Shown one piece after another: positions 1 through 10,449 of a DNA stretch of 64,000 nt. This stretch comes from Solobacterium sp. (GTDB lineage Bacteria; Bacillota_I; Bacilli_A; Erysipelotrichales; Erysipelotrichaceae). The translations under genes were made by a program, and so were the position numbers. The stretch covers positions 236 through 64,235 of the forward strand of contig JAGAVW010000042.1 in assembly GCA_017941735.1 (NCBI GenBank). Reading direction: 5' to 3'. How positions within the stretch are numbered: the first letter of the stretch is position 1; every line of letters starts with the position of its first letter. The notes under the pieces are model-generated. The model ran no database searches. It was given only the letters and a program-made list of their open reading frames with translations, and was not told where the DNA came from.

Positions 1-965
1 TGATACATGTATCTGGTATTGGTAGGGCGTTCGATCATCAAAAGAAGGCCCTTACTTTTGCGAATATCGAGTATACAACTGACCTAAATTGTACAGATTA
101 TGACATCTTACATATTAATACAGTCTTACCATTAAGTGATTTTGTGATACGTCAAGCGCGGAGATTGAATAAAAAGGTCATTTATCATGCCCATTCTACG
201 GAAGAAGATTTTCGTGATAGCTTTGTCTTTTCAAATGTGTTTTCTCCCATCTTTAAACAGATGTTGATTAATCTTTATTCCAAATCTGATGCGATTATCA
301 CCCCAACCCCATATTCAAAGCGATTAATTGAAAACTATGGGATTACGGTTCCAATTTATCCCATTAGTAATGGAATCGATTTATCAAACTATGCGGAAAG
401 TGATGCGAAAAAACAACAGTTTTATGAATCCTTTCCATACTTGAGAGATAAAAAATGGGTAATGGGTGTTGGCTTACCTTTTAAAAGAAAGGGGATCCTT
501 GATTTTATTGAAGTCGCAAAGGCTTTACCACAATATGAATTTGTGTGGTTTGGGGAATTGAATTCGTTATTATTACCAACCGATATCAATGAAGCATTAT
601 CGAATTATCCAAGTAATTGTCATTTTCCAGGCTATGTCCAAGGGGATGTGATTCAAGGTGCATATCAAGCAACCAATTGTTTCTTCTTCCCAACCTATGA
701 AGAAACCGAAGGCATTGTTGTATTAGAGGCTCTTGCATCGCATCAAAATGTATTGGTGCGCAATATTGGCGCATTTGAGCCTTGGCTAGTTGATAAGGAA
801 TCTTGTTATAAGGGGAAATCGATACAAGAATTTATAACTTTGATTCCACAAATCATTGAAGGAGAATTACCTTCCTTAGTGGATCAAGGATATGAAGTCG
901 CTAAAGCCCGTTCCATTGATCGCATTGGTTTTGAGTTAAAAAAGGTATATGAAAGCGTCTTATAA
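1..965 (+). CDS. Glycosyltransferase family 4 (GT-B), 5'-truncated by the window edge; probable membrane glycolipid (diacylglycerol) glycosyltransferase
   Basis: Frame 3 stays open from nt 3 to the stop at 963-965 (the ORF track starts only at an internal codon at 144). C-terminal E-x7-E motif (ETEGIVVLE) and GLPFKRKG region are typical of GT4 enzymes. Confidence 0.75.
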   Translation, partial: IHVSGIGRAFDHQKKALTFANIEYTTDLNCTDYDILHINTVLPLSDFVIRQARRLNKKVIYHAHSTEEDFRDSFVFSNVFSPIFKQMLINLYSKSDAIITPTPYSKRLIENYGITVPIYPISNGIDLSNYAESDAKKQQFYESFPYLRDKKWVMGVGLPFKRKGILDFIEVAKALPQYEFVWFGELNSLLLPTDINEALSNYPSNCHFPGYVQGDVIQGAYQATNCFFFPTYEETEGIVVLEALASHQNVLVRNIGAFEPWLVDKESCYKGKSIQEFITLIPQIIEGELPSLVDQGYEVAKARSIDRIGFELKKVYESVL

Positions 966-970
966 GGACA

Positions 971-999
971 TTGCGTAACCTATGTGATTTTGTTAAAAT
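971..999 (+). promoter_or_regulatory. SigA-type promoter of the leuS leader
   Basis: -35 ttgcgt (971-976), 17-nt spacer, extended -10 tgt-taaaat (991-999). Confidence 0.6.
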
Positions 1000-1005
1000 A
1001 AGCAT

Positions 1006-1200
1006 GTCGCAAAGAGAGAATAGTAGTAGGAAAGATTGCGTAATTAGAGACTTATGGGTTGGTGAAACATAAGACGTTTATTTCTGAACTCGATTCTTGA
1101 GTGATCGTAATCTTGCGTTAAAAGAGTTTGAGGTGCATAGGGTAACTATGAACTAAGGTGGTACCGCGTATTTTACGTCCTTAGCAAGGGCGTTTTTATT
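1006..1200 (+). promoter_or_regulatory. T-box riboswitch leader (tRNA-Leu sensing) with terminator/antiterminator
   Basis: Canonical T-box sequence aaGGTGGTACCGCG at 1155-1168. Terminator hairpin acgtcctt/aagggcgt at 1175-1193 followed by a T-run. AGAGA and AGTA type stem I elements near 1010-1030. Candidate CUC (Leu) specifier at 1089-1091. Sits directly upstream of leuS. Confidence 0.85.
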
Positions 1201-1215
1201 TGGGAGGATGAGCGT

Positions 1216-3618
1216 ATGGCCTATCAACATAAAGTAATTGAAAAGAAATGGCAAAATTATTGGAAAGAAAACAAGACCTTTAAAACAGATGCATGGGATT
1301 TTAGTAAGCCTAAGTTTTATGCATTAGACATGTTTCCTTATCCAAGTGGAGCAGGTTTACATGTAGGGCATCCAGAAGGATATACCGCAACGGATGTCAT
1401 TTCACGTAAAAAACGGATGGAAGGCTACAATGTGTTACATCCAATGGGATTTGACTCATTTGGATTACCTGCAGAACAGTACGCTATTAATACTGGGAAT
1501 CATCCTGATGTTTTTACGAAGAACAATATTGAGATTTTTAAGAACCAATTGATGAATCTTGGTTTTTCCTATGACTGGGACCGTGAAATATCTACTTGTG
1601 ATCCTTCCTTTTATAAGTGGACGCAATACATCTTTGAATTGTTGTTTGAAGAAGGGTTAGCAAAATGCGTGGATATGCCTGTCAACTGGTGCGAAGAGTT
1701 AGGTACCGTATTAGCCAATGATGAAGTCATTGACGGAAAAAGTGAGCGCGGTGGGTATCCTGTTGTGCGCAAAAATATGAAACAATGGGTCATCGATATT
1801 GTGAAATATGCGGATCGTTTATTGGAAGGCTTAGAAACGATTGATTGGCCAGAAAGTACAAAAGAGATGCAACGCAATTGGATTGGTCGCTCTTATGGTG
1901 CCCATGTGAATTTTAAGGTGGATGGTTATGAGGATTCTTTTACCGTCTTTACTACACGTTGTGATACCTTATTTGGCGCCACCTATTGCGTATTAGCACC
2001 AGAACATCCACTCGTGGAAAAGATTACGACAAGCGAACAAAAAGAAGCCGTAGATGCTTATATCAAAGCTTGTGCAACCAAGTCTGATTTAGAACGTACC
2101 GAATTAAATAAAGATAAAACAGGTATCTTTACGGGTGCGCATGCGATTAATCCAGTAAATGAGAAAAAGATACCAATCTGGATTAGTGACTATGTATTAG
2201 CTAGTTATGGAACGGGTGCGATTATGGCCGTTCCTGCGCATGATACAAGAGACTATGAATTCGCTAAGAAATTTGGACTTGAGATTATTCCTGTTTTAGA
2301 GGGTGGCGATGTTTCAAAAGAGGCATATGTCGAAGATGGCATTCATATCAATAGTGGATTTATGGATGGCATGAATAAAGAAGATGCGATTGCCTCGATG
2401 CTTGCGTGGTTAGAAGAAAAAGGGCTTGGCGAAAAGAAAGTCAATTATAAGATTCGTGAATGGATATTTGCGCGTCAACGTTATTGGGGAGAACCCATTC
2501 CAATCATTCAATTAGAAGATGAGAATCAAATCGCAATTCCATTTGAAGATTTACCACTCATTCTTCCTGAATTAGATGATTATAAGCCTAGTAAATCTGG
2601 GGCTTCTCCACTTGAGAAGGCAACCGATTGGGTCAATGTGACAGTGGATGGGAAAAAAGGAAAACGCGAGACAAGTACGATGCCAGGAAGTGCAGGTAGT
2701 AGCTGGTATTTCTTGCGTTATATTGACCCTCAAAATGACCATGCGATTGCTGATCCAAAGCTTTTAGAGCACTGGATGCCAGTTGATTTATATGTGGGTG
2801 GTCCAGAACATGCGGTTGGGCACTTACTCTATAGTCGTATGTGGAATAACTTCTTATATGATAAGGGTCTCGTTCCATGTAAAGAACCATTCCAAAAACT
2901 GGTACACCAAGGTATGATTCTTGGCGCAAATGGAATTAAGATGGGAAAACGATTCCCTGAATTCATCGTGGATCCAAATGATATCGTGGAAACCTATGGG
3001 GCGGATACCTTACGTGTTTATGAGATGTTTATGGGGCCATTAGAGGCAAGTAAACCTTGGAGTGAACAAGGCGTAGAAGGGGCGCGCAGATGGTTAGAGC
3101 GTGTTTGGCGTTTACTCATGGAAACGGAAGGGAAAATCGTTGAAGAAGAAACACCAGAGCTAGATTATGTATATCACTATACAATTAAGAAAGTATCCGA
3201 AGATATTGATACGTTGAATTTTAATACAGCTATTTCGCAAATGATGATCTTCATCAATGAATGTTATAAAGCGGAAAAGATTAACCGTAATATGATGATT
3301 AACTTCATCAAGCTTTTATCCCCATATGCACCACATATGTGTGAAGAAATGTATCATGCCTATACAGGGGAAGACACGATTGCGTATGCTTCTTGGCCAG
3401 TTGCGGATGAAGCAAAATTACAAGTGAATCAAATTGAAATGATGGTACAAGTAAATGGGAAACTGAGAGGGCGTTTACTTGTGGAAAAGGATGAGGATGC
3501 CTCCATTATTGAAGAAAAAGTAATGCAAATAGATGGGGTAAAACCGCATATTGAAGGAAAAGAAATTAAAAAGGTGATTGTTGTACCAAATAAGATTGTG
3601 AATATCGTCGTAAAGTAG
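1216..3618 (+). CDS. leuS: Leucyl-tRNA synthetase
   Basis: 800 aa; class I HIGH (HVGHPEGY) and KMSK-like (KMGKRF) motifs, CP1 editing domain, SD gggagg 6 nt upstream. Confidence 0.98.
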   Translation: MAYQHKVIEKKWQNYWKENKTFKTDAWDFSKPKFYALDMFPYPSGAGLHVGHPEGYTATDVISRKKRMEGYNVLHPMGFDSFGLPAEQYAINTGNHPDVFTKNNIEIFKNQLMNLGFSYDWDREISTCDPSFYKWTQYIFELLFEEGLAKCVDMPVNWCEELGTVLANDEVIDGKSERGGYPVVRKNMKQWVIDIVKYADRLLEGLETIDWPESTKEMQRNWIGRSYGAHVNFKVDGYEDSFTVFTTRCDTLFGATYCVLAPEHPLVEKITTSEQKEAVDAYIKACATKSDLERTELNKDKTGIFTGAHAINPVNEKKIPIWISDYVLASYGTGAIMAVPAHDTRDYEFAKKFGLEIIPVLEGGDVSKEAYVEDGIHINSGFMDGMNKEDAIASMLAWLEEKGLGEKKVNYKIREWIFARQRYWGEPIPIIQLEDENQIAIPFEDLPLILPELDDYKPSKSGASPLEKATDWVNVTVDGKKGKRETSTMPGSAGSSWYFLRYIDPQNDHAIADPKLLEHWMPVDLYVGGPEHAVGHLLYSRMWNNFLYDKGLVPCKEPFQKLVHQGMILGANGIKMGKRFPEFIVDPNDIVETYGADTLRVYEMFMGPLEASKPWSEQGVEGARRWLERVWRLLMETEGKIVEEETPELDYVYHYTIKKVSEDIDTLNFNTAISQMMIFINECYKAEKINRNMMINFIKLLSPYAPHMCEEMYHAYTGEDTIAYASWPVADEAKLQVNQIEMMVQVNGKLRGRLLVEKDEDASIIEEKVMQIDGVKPHIEGKEIKKVIVVPNKIVNIVVK

Positions 3619-3635
3619 GAAAAGCATCTAAAGTT

Positions 3636-3644
3636 TGGTATAAT
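3636..3644 (+). promoter_or_regulatory. Extended -10 promoter of scpA (very short leader)
   Basis: tggtataat ends 13 nt before the ATG at 3658; no SD in between. Confidence 0.45.
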
Positions 3645-3657
3645 TTACAAGCAAAAT

Positions 3658-4395
3658 ATGGAAGAATTTAAGGTAACGATTGAAAATTTTGATGGTCCAT
3701 TGGATTTGATGTTGCATCTAATTAAGGAAAAAGAATTAGATCTTTTCGACTTGGATGTGAATGTTTTAACGGATCAATACATTGCTTATCTTAACCAGAT
3801 GAATGAATTGCATTTGGAAGTTGCGAGTGAATATCTTGTGGAGCTTGCAGAACTCATTGAATATAAGTCCAAACGGCTTTTACCACGTGATAACAGTGAA
3901 TTAAATGATGAGTATGAGGAAGATCCAAAGGAACGTTTGGTACGTCGCTTATTAGAATATCAACAATTCAAGGAAGTCAGTGGGCAATTGAATCAAATGT
4001 TTGAACAACGCATGATGCAGATGGGCAAACCACAATCCAGTGAGGCAGAGAAGTGGATGAAGGATACCGATGATATGCACTATGAAGGTAATCCATACGA
4101 TTTAATGCGGGCGATGCGTAAATGCTTGATGCGCTTACAACTAGCAAAACCGATTGAAACAAGATATACCGCACGTGAAATCTCAATGGAAGATCGGGAA
4201 TTGGAATTACGTGCGAAGTTAGATCGTTTGCCTAAAACATTTAAATTTGATCAATTATTGGATGACTGTCATGATGTGCCTATGTTTATCGCAACTTTTC
4301 TTGCGGTACTGGATATGGCAAGGCAACACATCGTTGTATTTACAGTGGATGAAGATGATACGATATGGTTTACGAGAGGAACGGGATTTGCATGA
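3658..4395 (+). CDS. scpA: Segregation and condensation protein A (kleisin)
   Basis: 245 aa; N-terminal FEGPLDLLLHLI-like motif (FDGPLDLMLHLI); followed by scpB. Confidence 0.93.
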   Translation: MEEFKVTIENFDGPLDLMLHLIKEKELDLFDLDVNVLTDQYIAYLNQMNELHLEVASEYLVELAELIEYKSKRLLPRDNSELNDEYEEDPKERLVRRLLEYQQFKEVSGQLNQMFEQRMMQMGKPQSSEAEKWMKDTDDMHYEGNPYDLMRAMRKCLMRLQLAKPIETRYTAREISMEDRELELRAKLDRLPKTFKFDQLLDDCHDVPMFIATFLAVLDMARQHIVVFTVDEDDTIWFTRGTGFA

Positions 4396-5111
4396 GTGAA
4401 ATAGAAGAAAAAGTAGAAGAACAAGTTACAGATGAAATCGAAAATGACAGTGAATTTATGCAAGAAATCCCTGTCGCGGAAGAACAAACACAAGTTGAGG
4501 AAGAAGAACAAGGGCGTGGAAAGGCAATCTTAGAAGGGCTTTTGTTTATTGTTGGAGATGATGGTATTACCGCTGAGCACGCAGCTGAAGTTTTAGAAAT
4601 CAGTAAAGAGCGTGTAGAAGCATTATTTGATCAATTGATGGAAGATTACTTAAGTGAAGAGCGTGGAATTGAAATCGCCAATTATGGTGGAACCTATCGT
4701 TTCTTAAGTAAAGCAGTTGTCCATGAATATGCGAAAAAGCTATTCCAAATCAACAAGCAAGCAACTTTATCTCAAGCTGCTTTAGAAACCTTAGCGATTA
4801 TTGCTTATAAACAACCCATTACCCGTGTTGAAATTGAAGAAATTCGTGGGGTTGGGGCAGATATGATGCTACGTAAGCTTCTTGCACGCGATTTAATTAA
4901 AGAGTCCGGCCGCTCCGAAGCCGCAGGAAGACCAATTCTTTATGAAGTAACCGATGAGTTCATGAACTCTTTTAAGCTTTTATCTTTAAAAGAATTACCG
5001 GAATTACCACAATTCAATGATGTGGAAGAGTCCGATGATCTATTTGCGACAGGTGATGCAAGTACGGAAGTAGAAGTCAAGGAAGAGGAAGCAAGTGATG
5101 AAGAAGCTTAA
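4392..5111 (+). CDS. scpB: Segregation and condensation protein B
   Basis: ATGA stop/start overlap with scpA (ATG 4392, the track start 4365 is probably too long). Tandem winged-helix ScpB core (ALETLAIIAYKQPITRVEIEEIRGV). Acidic N- and C-terminal tails. Confidence 0.9.
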   Translation: MSEIEEKVEEQVTDEIENDSEFMQEIPVAEEQTQVEEEEQGRGKAILEGLLFIVGDDGITAEHAAEVLEISKERVEALFDQLMEDYLSEERGIEIANYGGTYRFLSKAVVHEYAKKLFQINKQATLSQAALETLAIIAYKQPITRVEIEEIRGVGADMMLRKLLARDLIKESGRSEAAGRPILYEVTDEFMNSFKLLSLKELPELPQFNDVEESDDLFATGDASTEVEVKEEEASDEEA

Positions 5112-5550
5112 AGTTCTTTTTGTGGTCCTTTTGCTTTGTTTATTTGGATGCCAAAAAGAAGTCATCAATAATGAACTAGAGACGCATAAACTTGCGGAAC
5201 GCATTGTTGAAGAAGTAGGCGTAAAAGATAAAGTGCGCCTCATTGAAGATCGTTTAGTACCAGGTGTTATTTTCTTTGATGAAGATTTGATTTTGGAAAA
5301 TGCTTTATATATTGGGGAAAATAGTGCCGATACAGTAGGAGTATTTCGTACTAATGATGTAAATAAAACGACGAAATTCATTCAAGATTACCTGAAAAGT
5401 ATGAAAGAAGAGCTCAAAAACCAAAATCCAAGTGAATCCTTTAAGGTAGATAATGCGATTCTTGAGCACAATGAAGATACGGTCATCTTGATTGTGGCAG
5501 AAGATTTAGAAAAGGCAAAGCGTATTTGTCGCGATGCCTTAGGAGATTAA
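5098..5550 (+). CDS. Small lipoprotein, function unknown (possibly DUF4358-like)
   Basis: Signal peptide with lipobox LFGC (MKKLKVLFVVLLLCLFGC). ATG 5098 follows ggaagagg. The family assignment is by memory only. Confidence 0.55.
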   Translation: MKKLKVLFVVLLLCLFGCQKEVINNELETHKLAERIVEEVGVKDKVRLIEDRLVPGVIFFDEDLILENALYIGENSADTVGVFRTNDVNKTTKFIQDYLKSMKEELKNQNPSESFKVDNAILEHNEDTVILIVAEDLEKAKRICRDALGD

Positions 5551-6203
5551 GGTTTTAATAACTTAAAATGATTCTTAGAAGTGATGAGATACCCATCACT
5601 TTTTAATTTCGATAATTCTTTACTCATTGCGCTTCTTTCCACACACAAATAATCTGCTAAACCTTGTCGATCAAACGGGATATCGAATTCATCCGCCTGT
5701 TGACGTAGTGATTCAAGCGATAAATAGGATAGAATCTTCTCTCTTGTGGTTGGTTGTGAAAGGTGTGTTCTATGCGCTAGTAATTGTTGGTTTTGTTCAT
5801 TCATAGCCTGTAATAAATTGGAAATTAAGCGGCGATGATAACCTTTTTCGTCCTTAAATTCAAATAATGGTTCAAGATCAAACCAAAGGATTACGGTATG
5901 GCATAAGGTTTGATAAGAAACAAGTGAGATTTCTTTATCTACCTGAAAGGATAAAGCAAATAAGGTACCCGGTTGTAGGGTGCTTAGTTCAATCGGATTA
6001 TCCCAATAATGATTGCAATATTGGCGTAATGCACCTTGGATTAGGAATCCGGTCCGTTTTAAATGTGTGCCTTCTTTTAAAACAATATAATCTTTTGGAT
6101 AATTCTTTAATTGACAATTCAAAGAGGTAATAAGGAAATCAAATTCCTCTTCAGGAATTCCATCCAATATTGGGGCGTTTTTAAGAATCTCAAATTGTTT
6201 CAT
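5547..6203 (-). CDS. Crp/Fnr family transcriptional regulator
   Basis: cNMP-binding-like N-domain and C-terminal HTH (RQGLADYLCVERSAMSKELSKL). ATG at 6203 preferred over the track GTG at 6236. The stop overlaps the convergent lipoprotein stop (TTAA at 5547-5550). Confidence 0.8.
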   Translation of the reverse strand: MKQFEILKNAPILDGIPEEEFDFLITSLNCQLKNYPKDYIVLKEGTHLKRTGFLIQGALRQYCNHYWDNPIELSTLQPGTLFALSFQVDKEISLVSYQTLCHTVILWFDLEPLFEFKDEKGYHRRLISNLLQAMNEQNQQLLAHRTHLSQPTTREKILSYLSLESLRQQADEFDIPFDRQGLADYLCVERSAMSKELSKLKSDGYLITSKNHFKLLKP

Positions 6204-6257
6204 TTTGTTGTTTTTCCAACAAACACAGTTTAACACAATGTATGTGATTCGTAAAAA

Positions 6258-6959
6258 TTATTCAAAATAAGGGATATCATATGCCTTATCTTCTTGAATT
6301 TGATTGGATTTTGCTTGTAAAGGCGAATATTCATAGAGTGCTTTAATAATGTCTTCCATATCTTTTAGATGTTCTTCATCAATCACTAAGATATGGGTTT
6401 TACTATCATTCAAGATGGCTAAGACTTCATTTGGATCAATATTTCCATAAGGCGCGATTTCAAGGTGTTCTTTAAAGTAATGTTGAAGCTCTTGTATCAT
6501 TGCCATCCCATGGATGGGTTTACTTTGATAGCCTGTACTCAAGATGCAATAAGGTTGAAATGATAAGAAGAGTTCATATTGGGCTAAAGGATGCTCAAAG
6601 CTAGGATTTTCTTCGATCATTGCTTTTCCATTTTTTGTTTGAATGAGTTTGTTTAATGCAATACTCATAGATTCTTCTTCATTACGAAATAAAATGCCAC
6701 TAGCGCCTGCTTCTAAAAAGATATTTGCATCGACTAAAAGTTTTTTTAAGGCCAAATCATAGTCTTTATCGACTAAATCAGATTGAACACGACAAAAGAT
6801 TGGTAGCGTCGTACGCTTTTGGATTAACTGCATCGTCCCTAATGTAACTGCTTTTTTGTCTTTCGACTCTAAAATAAGCCCATCAATGGGATAAGTTAAG
6901 AATTCTTTTGCGTTTAGTTCGTTGCTGCAACTCGCAAAGATTAATATCTCGTTTACCAT
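6258..6959 (-). CDS. Hypothetical protein, weak CutC-like TIM-barrel resemblance
   Basis: 233 aa. By-eye collinearity with the CutC pattern (LPIFCRV..D..Y....L..D......GASGILF ... ILSTGYQ), but the conserved residues are not retained. Confidence 0.3.
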   Translation of the reverse strand: MVNEILIFASCSNELNAKEFLTYPIDGLILESKDKKAVTLGTMQLIQKRTTLPIFCRVQSDLVDKDYDLALKKLLVDANIFLEAGASGILFRNEEESMSIALNKLIQTKNGKAMIEENPSFEHPLAQYELFLSFQPYCILSTGYQSKPIHGMAMIQELQHYFKEHLEIAPYGNIDPNEVLAILNDSKTHILVIDEEHLKDMEDIIKALYEYSPLQAKSNQIQEDKAYDIPYFE

Positions 6960-6990
6960 AAATATTCTTAAACAGTATAATATAAAATGT

Positions 6991-7464
6991 ATGGAATTGA
7001 GTATTCGAAAAGCTATTTCAAAAGATATTCCGCAAATCTTGTCCTTATTAGAACAGGTCTTATCGATTCATGCGCAAGGAAGACCCGATTTATTTATTGA
7101 CCATACCACGAAATATACCAAAGAAGAACTTGAAGAAATTCTTCAAGAGGAAAGCCGTCCGATTTTTGTCGCAGTTAAAGATGAAGAAGTACTTGGGTAT
7201 GCGTTTTGTGAAATCCAGGTATATGAGAATCTAAACAATATGTATGACCATAAAACGTTATTTATTGATGATTTATGTGTTGATGAAGCATATCGAGGGG
7301 AAAAGATTGGTAAGCGTTTATTCCAATATGTAGAAGAATATGCGAAAGAGATTGATTGTAATCAAATTACGTTAAATGTTTGGGCATTTAATGAAGCAGC
7401 CATTCATTTTTATGAACAGAATGGCCTATGCCCAATGAAATATGTCATGGAGAAGAAAATTTAG
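6991..7464 (+). CDS. GNAT family N-acetyltransferase
   Basis: Acetyl-CoA motif A (LCVDEAYRGEKIGKRLF). ATG 6991 preferred over the track start 6922. tataat at 6976-6981. Confidence 0.85.
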   Translation: MELSIRKAISKDIPQILSLLEQVLSIHAQGRPDLFIDHTTKYTKEELEEILQEESRPIFVAVKDEEVLGYAFCEIQVYENLNNMYDHKTLFIDDLCVDEAYRGEKIGKRLFQYVEEYAKEIDCNQITLNVWAFNEAAIHFYEQNGLCPMKYVMEKKI

Positions 7465-7475
7465 GAGGAGTGTTT

Positions 7476-8315
7476 ATGACCGTTAAAAATCCAGAAAGTT
7501 GTGATCACGTTTGCGAGCATTGTAGTTCAAATTGTGATGCAAGACAAAATCCAGAAAGTTTTTTAGTAGAGCCACATCCACGCAGTTCCATTAAGAAGAT
7601 GATTGGCGTTGTTTCAGGCAAAGGTGGGGTTGGTAAATCATTTGTCACCTCCATTTTAGCTGCCGAAATGAGTCGTCGAGGACATCGTGCCGCAATCCTA
7701 GATGGGGATATCACGGGCCCAAGTATTGGGAAGATGTTTTCCGTAAGTGAAAAAGCGGTTGGAGATGGCGAACTCATGATGCCAGCGAAAACAAAAAATG
7801 GCATGCAGATTGTAAGTGCCAATATGTTATTAGGAGATGATGCGCAACCCGTAATTTGGAGAGGGCCAATGGTTGCCGGATTATTAAAACAATTCTATCA
7901 AGAAGTATTTTGGGATGATGTTGATTATATGTTTGTGGATATGCCTCCAGGAACTGGCGATGTTCCATTAACCGCATTCCAAAGCTTTCCACTTGATGGA
8001 ATTATCATCGTGACAAGTCCACAAGATTTAGTAAAGATGGTTGTTGAAAAGGCAATCAATATGGCAAATATGATGAATATTCGCATTTTAGGACTTGTGG
8101 AAAATATGAGTTATGTGGAATGTGATGCTTGCCATAAAAAACTCTATGTATTTGGGAAATCGCATATTGAAGAGATTGCCTCAAAATATGATTTACCCGT
8201 ACTAGCGACCATTCCACTACGTGAAGAACATGCGACTAGCAGTGATGAAGGGACCATGGAAGACTTAGAAGTACCTGAAATTAAAGCAGCCGCAGATTTC
8301 ATTGAAACTTTATAG
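7476..8315 (+). CDS. Mrp/NBP35/ApbC-type P-loop ATPase (Fe-S cluster carrier)
   Basis: SD aggagg at 7463-7468 then ATG 7476. Deviant Walker A GKGGVGKS, DMPPGTGD, CxxC (ECDACH). Cys-rich N-terminal extension CDHVCEHCSSNCD. Confidence 0.88.
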   Translation: MTVKNPESCDHVCEHCSSNCDARQNPESFLVEPHPRSSIKKMIGVVSGKGGVGKSFVTSILAAEMSRRGHRAAILDGDITGPSIGKMFSVSEKAVGDGELMMPAKTKNGMQIVSANMLLGDDAQPVIWRGPMVAGLLKQFYQEVFWDDVDYMFVDMPPGTGDVPLTAFQSFPLDGIIIVTSPQDLVKMVVEKAINMANMMNIRILGLVENMSYVECDACHKKLYVFGKSHIEEIASKYDLPVLATIPLREEHATSSDEGTMEDLEVPEIKAAADFIETL

Positions 8316-8335
8316 GAATTTCACTTAGAATTCAC
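8316..8335 (+). repeat. Direct repeat GAATT(T)CAC x2 at about one helical turn, candidate response-regulator box
   Basis: gaatttcac (8316-8324) and gaattcac (8328-8335), 30-50 nt upstream of the OmpR-family regulator gene. Confidence 0.3.
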
Positions 8336-8366
8336 ATGGGCTCTTTAGATTGATAGTGAGGTAGTT

Positions 8367-9047
8367 ATGACAAAAATATTGATTGTTGATGATGAAATTA
8401 AGATTCGGGAAATGATTCGTAAATATGCAGAATACGAAGGCTTTGAAGTGGAAGAAGCGGGAGATGGCTTAGAAGCAGTCCAATTGTGTAATCAAAATGA
8501 TTATGATTTAGTCGTCATGGATATCATGATGCCGAATTTGGATGGCTTTTCTGCAGTCAAAGACATCAAACAAAAGAAACCGGATTTACCATTTATCATG
8601 TTATCAGCGCTAGGTGAAGAATATGATAAGATTCATGGTTTTGATTTAGGCATCGATGATTATGTTGTAAAACCTTTTTCAAGTAAAGAACTCATGATGC
8701 GTATTCGCGCCATTTTAAAACGTGTGCAAGCGAATAAACAAAATGAAGAGCACCAATTCGTATTAAAAGATTTGGTGATTGATTATGATGCACGTACCGT
8801 AACCATTTCGGGAGAGCGGATTCAATTATCGCCAAAAGAATATGAGTTATTGGTGTATTTAGTGAAGAATATTGGTATCGCTTTAACTAGAGAACAAATA
8901 CTTGAAACCGTATGGGGATATGATTTCTTTGGGGATGATCGAACCTTAGATACACATGTCAAACTCTTGCGGAAAAATTTAGGTGACTATAGCCAATACA
9001 TTGTCACCCTTCGTGGAGTGGGGTATCGTTTTGAAAAAGACGAATAG
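8367..9047 (+). CDS. OmpR/PhoB-family response regulator
   Basis: Receiver domain (DD...DIMMP...K) plus winged-helix output (LRGVGYRF). Confidence 0.93.
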   Translation: MTKILIVDDEIKIREMIRKYAEYEGFEVEEAGDGLEAVQLCNQNDYDLVVMDIMMPNLDGFSAVKDIKQKKPDLPFIMLSALGEEYDKIHGFDLGIDDYVVKPFSSKELMMRIRAILKRVQANKQNEEHQFVLKDLVIDYDARTVTISGERIQLSPKEYELLVYLVKNIGIALTREQILETVWGYDFFGDDRTLDTHVKLLRKNLGDYSQYIVTLRGVGYRFEKDE

Positions 9048-10449
9048 TTTAAAATTTAAAATTGCATTGTATCTTATTACTTTTTCCTTAGCGCTGATTG
9101 CGCTAACTTTTCTCTTTCAAACGGTCTTATTAAAACCGATGTATGAGAATTCTAAAATCGAAGAAGTAAAAACCGTAAGTACCAATGTCATCAATGAGTT
9201 AAAAGCAGAAGATAAGATGAATTGGTCAGAGATTGTTTATGATAATTCCGTCGAGAATGATTTATGCTTACGGGTATTTCAAGAAGATGTAGATATTGTT
9301 TCGGGTAATGTTGGTTGTGTGTTATATCGTTTAAATGAGTTTGATATTTTACGTGAAGTATCCAATGCGAAAAATAACAACAATTCCTATTTGCATCGAG
9401 AAGAGCGTGTTTTTAGTAATCGTCACGATAAAGGACTTATCGAATTAACCTATACGCAACTTGCGGATATTAATGGGGAACAGACGGTAGTTCTTGTGAA
9501 TACGAGTATGACCCCTGTAAATAGTACAGTTAGTACCTTAAAGCAACAGTTATGGTATTTTTCACTGATTGCTTTGGCTGGGGTATTTGTACTTGTTTAT
9601 TTATTAAATAAACAAATTGCCCAACCAATCAAAACAATCAATGAAGCCGCTAAAGATTTAGCCCAAGGTGAATATAACATCAAGAGTGATACATCAAAAT
9701 ATCGTGAAGTCGAAGAGTTGAATCAAACCTTAAGCCAAGCTGCCATTGATATTAAAAAGGCAGACCAAGCGAAGCGTGATTTAATCGCTAATGTCTCCCA
9801 TGACTTAAGAACACCATTGACAATGATTAATGGCTATGGGGAAATGATGCGTGATTTACCTGGTGAAAAGACAGATGAAAACTGCCAAGTTATCATTGAT
9901 GAATCAAAGCGATTAACCTATTTAGTTAATGACTTATTGGATTTATCCAAAATGCAAAGCAAACAGATTGCTTTGGAATTGACGGATTTCTCTTTATCCG
10001 ATTTGGTGCAACATGAATTGCGTAAATATGATGTATATCGTTTACAAGAAGGATTTGAATTTGTCTTAGATATTGAAGAAGGAGTCGAAGTTCATGCGGA
10101 TGAAAAACGGATTGCTCAAGTCTTTAATAACTACATGACAAACGCAATCAATTATTCTACCGATGAAAAATATGTAGAGGTGCGCTTAAAGAAACAAGGG
10201 AAAGTGGCACGGTGTGAAGTGGTTGATCATGGTGAAGGAATTGAAAAAGAAAAATTAAAAGATATTTGGGATCGTTATTATAAAATTGACCGTGAGCATA
10301 TTCGCTTTGTGACAGGCTCTGGCATTGGCTTATCCATTGTCAAAGAAATCATGGATCTACATAAAACCAATTATGGGGTCGAAAGTGAAGTAGGCAAAGG
10401 AAGTACATTCTATTTTGAATTACCTCTCGCAAAAAAAGAATCAGTGTAA
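9031..10449 (+). CDS. Sensor histidine kinase (two TM segments, HAMP, HisKA, HATPase_c)
   Basis: H-box SHDLRTPLT, N box NAINYS, G box GSGIGLSIV. TTG 9031 is the proposed start (track start 8983); the start is uncertain. Confidence 0.88.
   Translation: MKKTNSLKFKIALYLITFSLALIALTFLFQTVLLKPMYENSKIEEVKTVSTNVINELKAEDKMNWSEIVYDNSVENDLCLRVFQEDVDIVSGNVGCVLYRLNEFDILREVSNAKNNNNSYLHREERVFSNRHDKGLIELTYTQLADINGEQTVVLVNTSMTPVNSTVSTLKQQLWYFSLIALAGVFVLVYLLNKQIAQPIKTINEAAKDLAQGEYNIKSDTSKYREVEELNQTLSQAAIDIKKADQAKRDLIANVSHDLRTPLTMINGYGEMMRDLPGEKTDENCQVIIDESKRLTYLVNDLLDLSKMQSKQIALELTDFSLSDLVQHELRKYDVYRLQEGFEFVLDIEEGVEVHADEKRIAQVFNNYMTNAINYSTDEKYVEVRLKKQGKVARCEVVDHGEGIEKEKLKDIWDRYYKIDREHIRFVTGSGIGLSIVKEIMDLHKTNYGVESEVGKGSTFYFELPLAKKESV

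Noticed and set aside
7486-7560. Exact 15-nt direct repeat aaaatccagaaagtt, exactly 60 nt apart, in the 5' end of the Mrp-type gene
   Set aside because: It is in frame in both copies (NPES) and looks like a small internal duplication of the Cys-rich N-terminal extension. There is no sign of a mobile-element end or a regulatory role.
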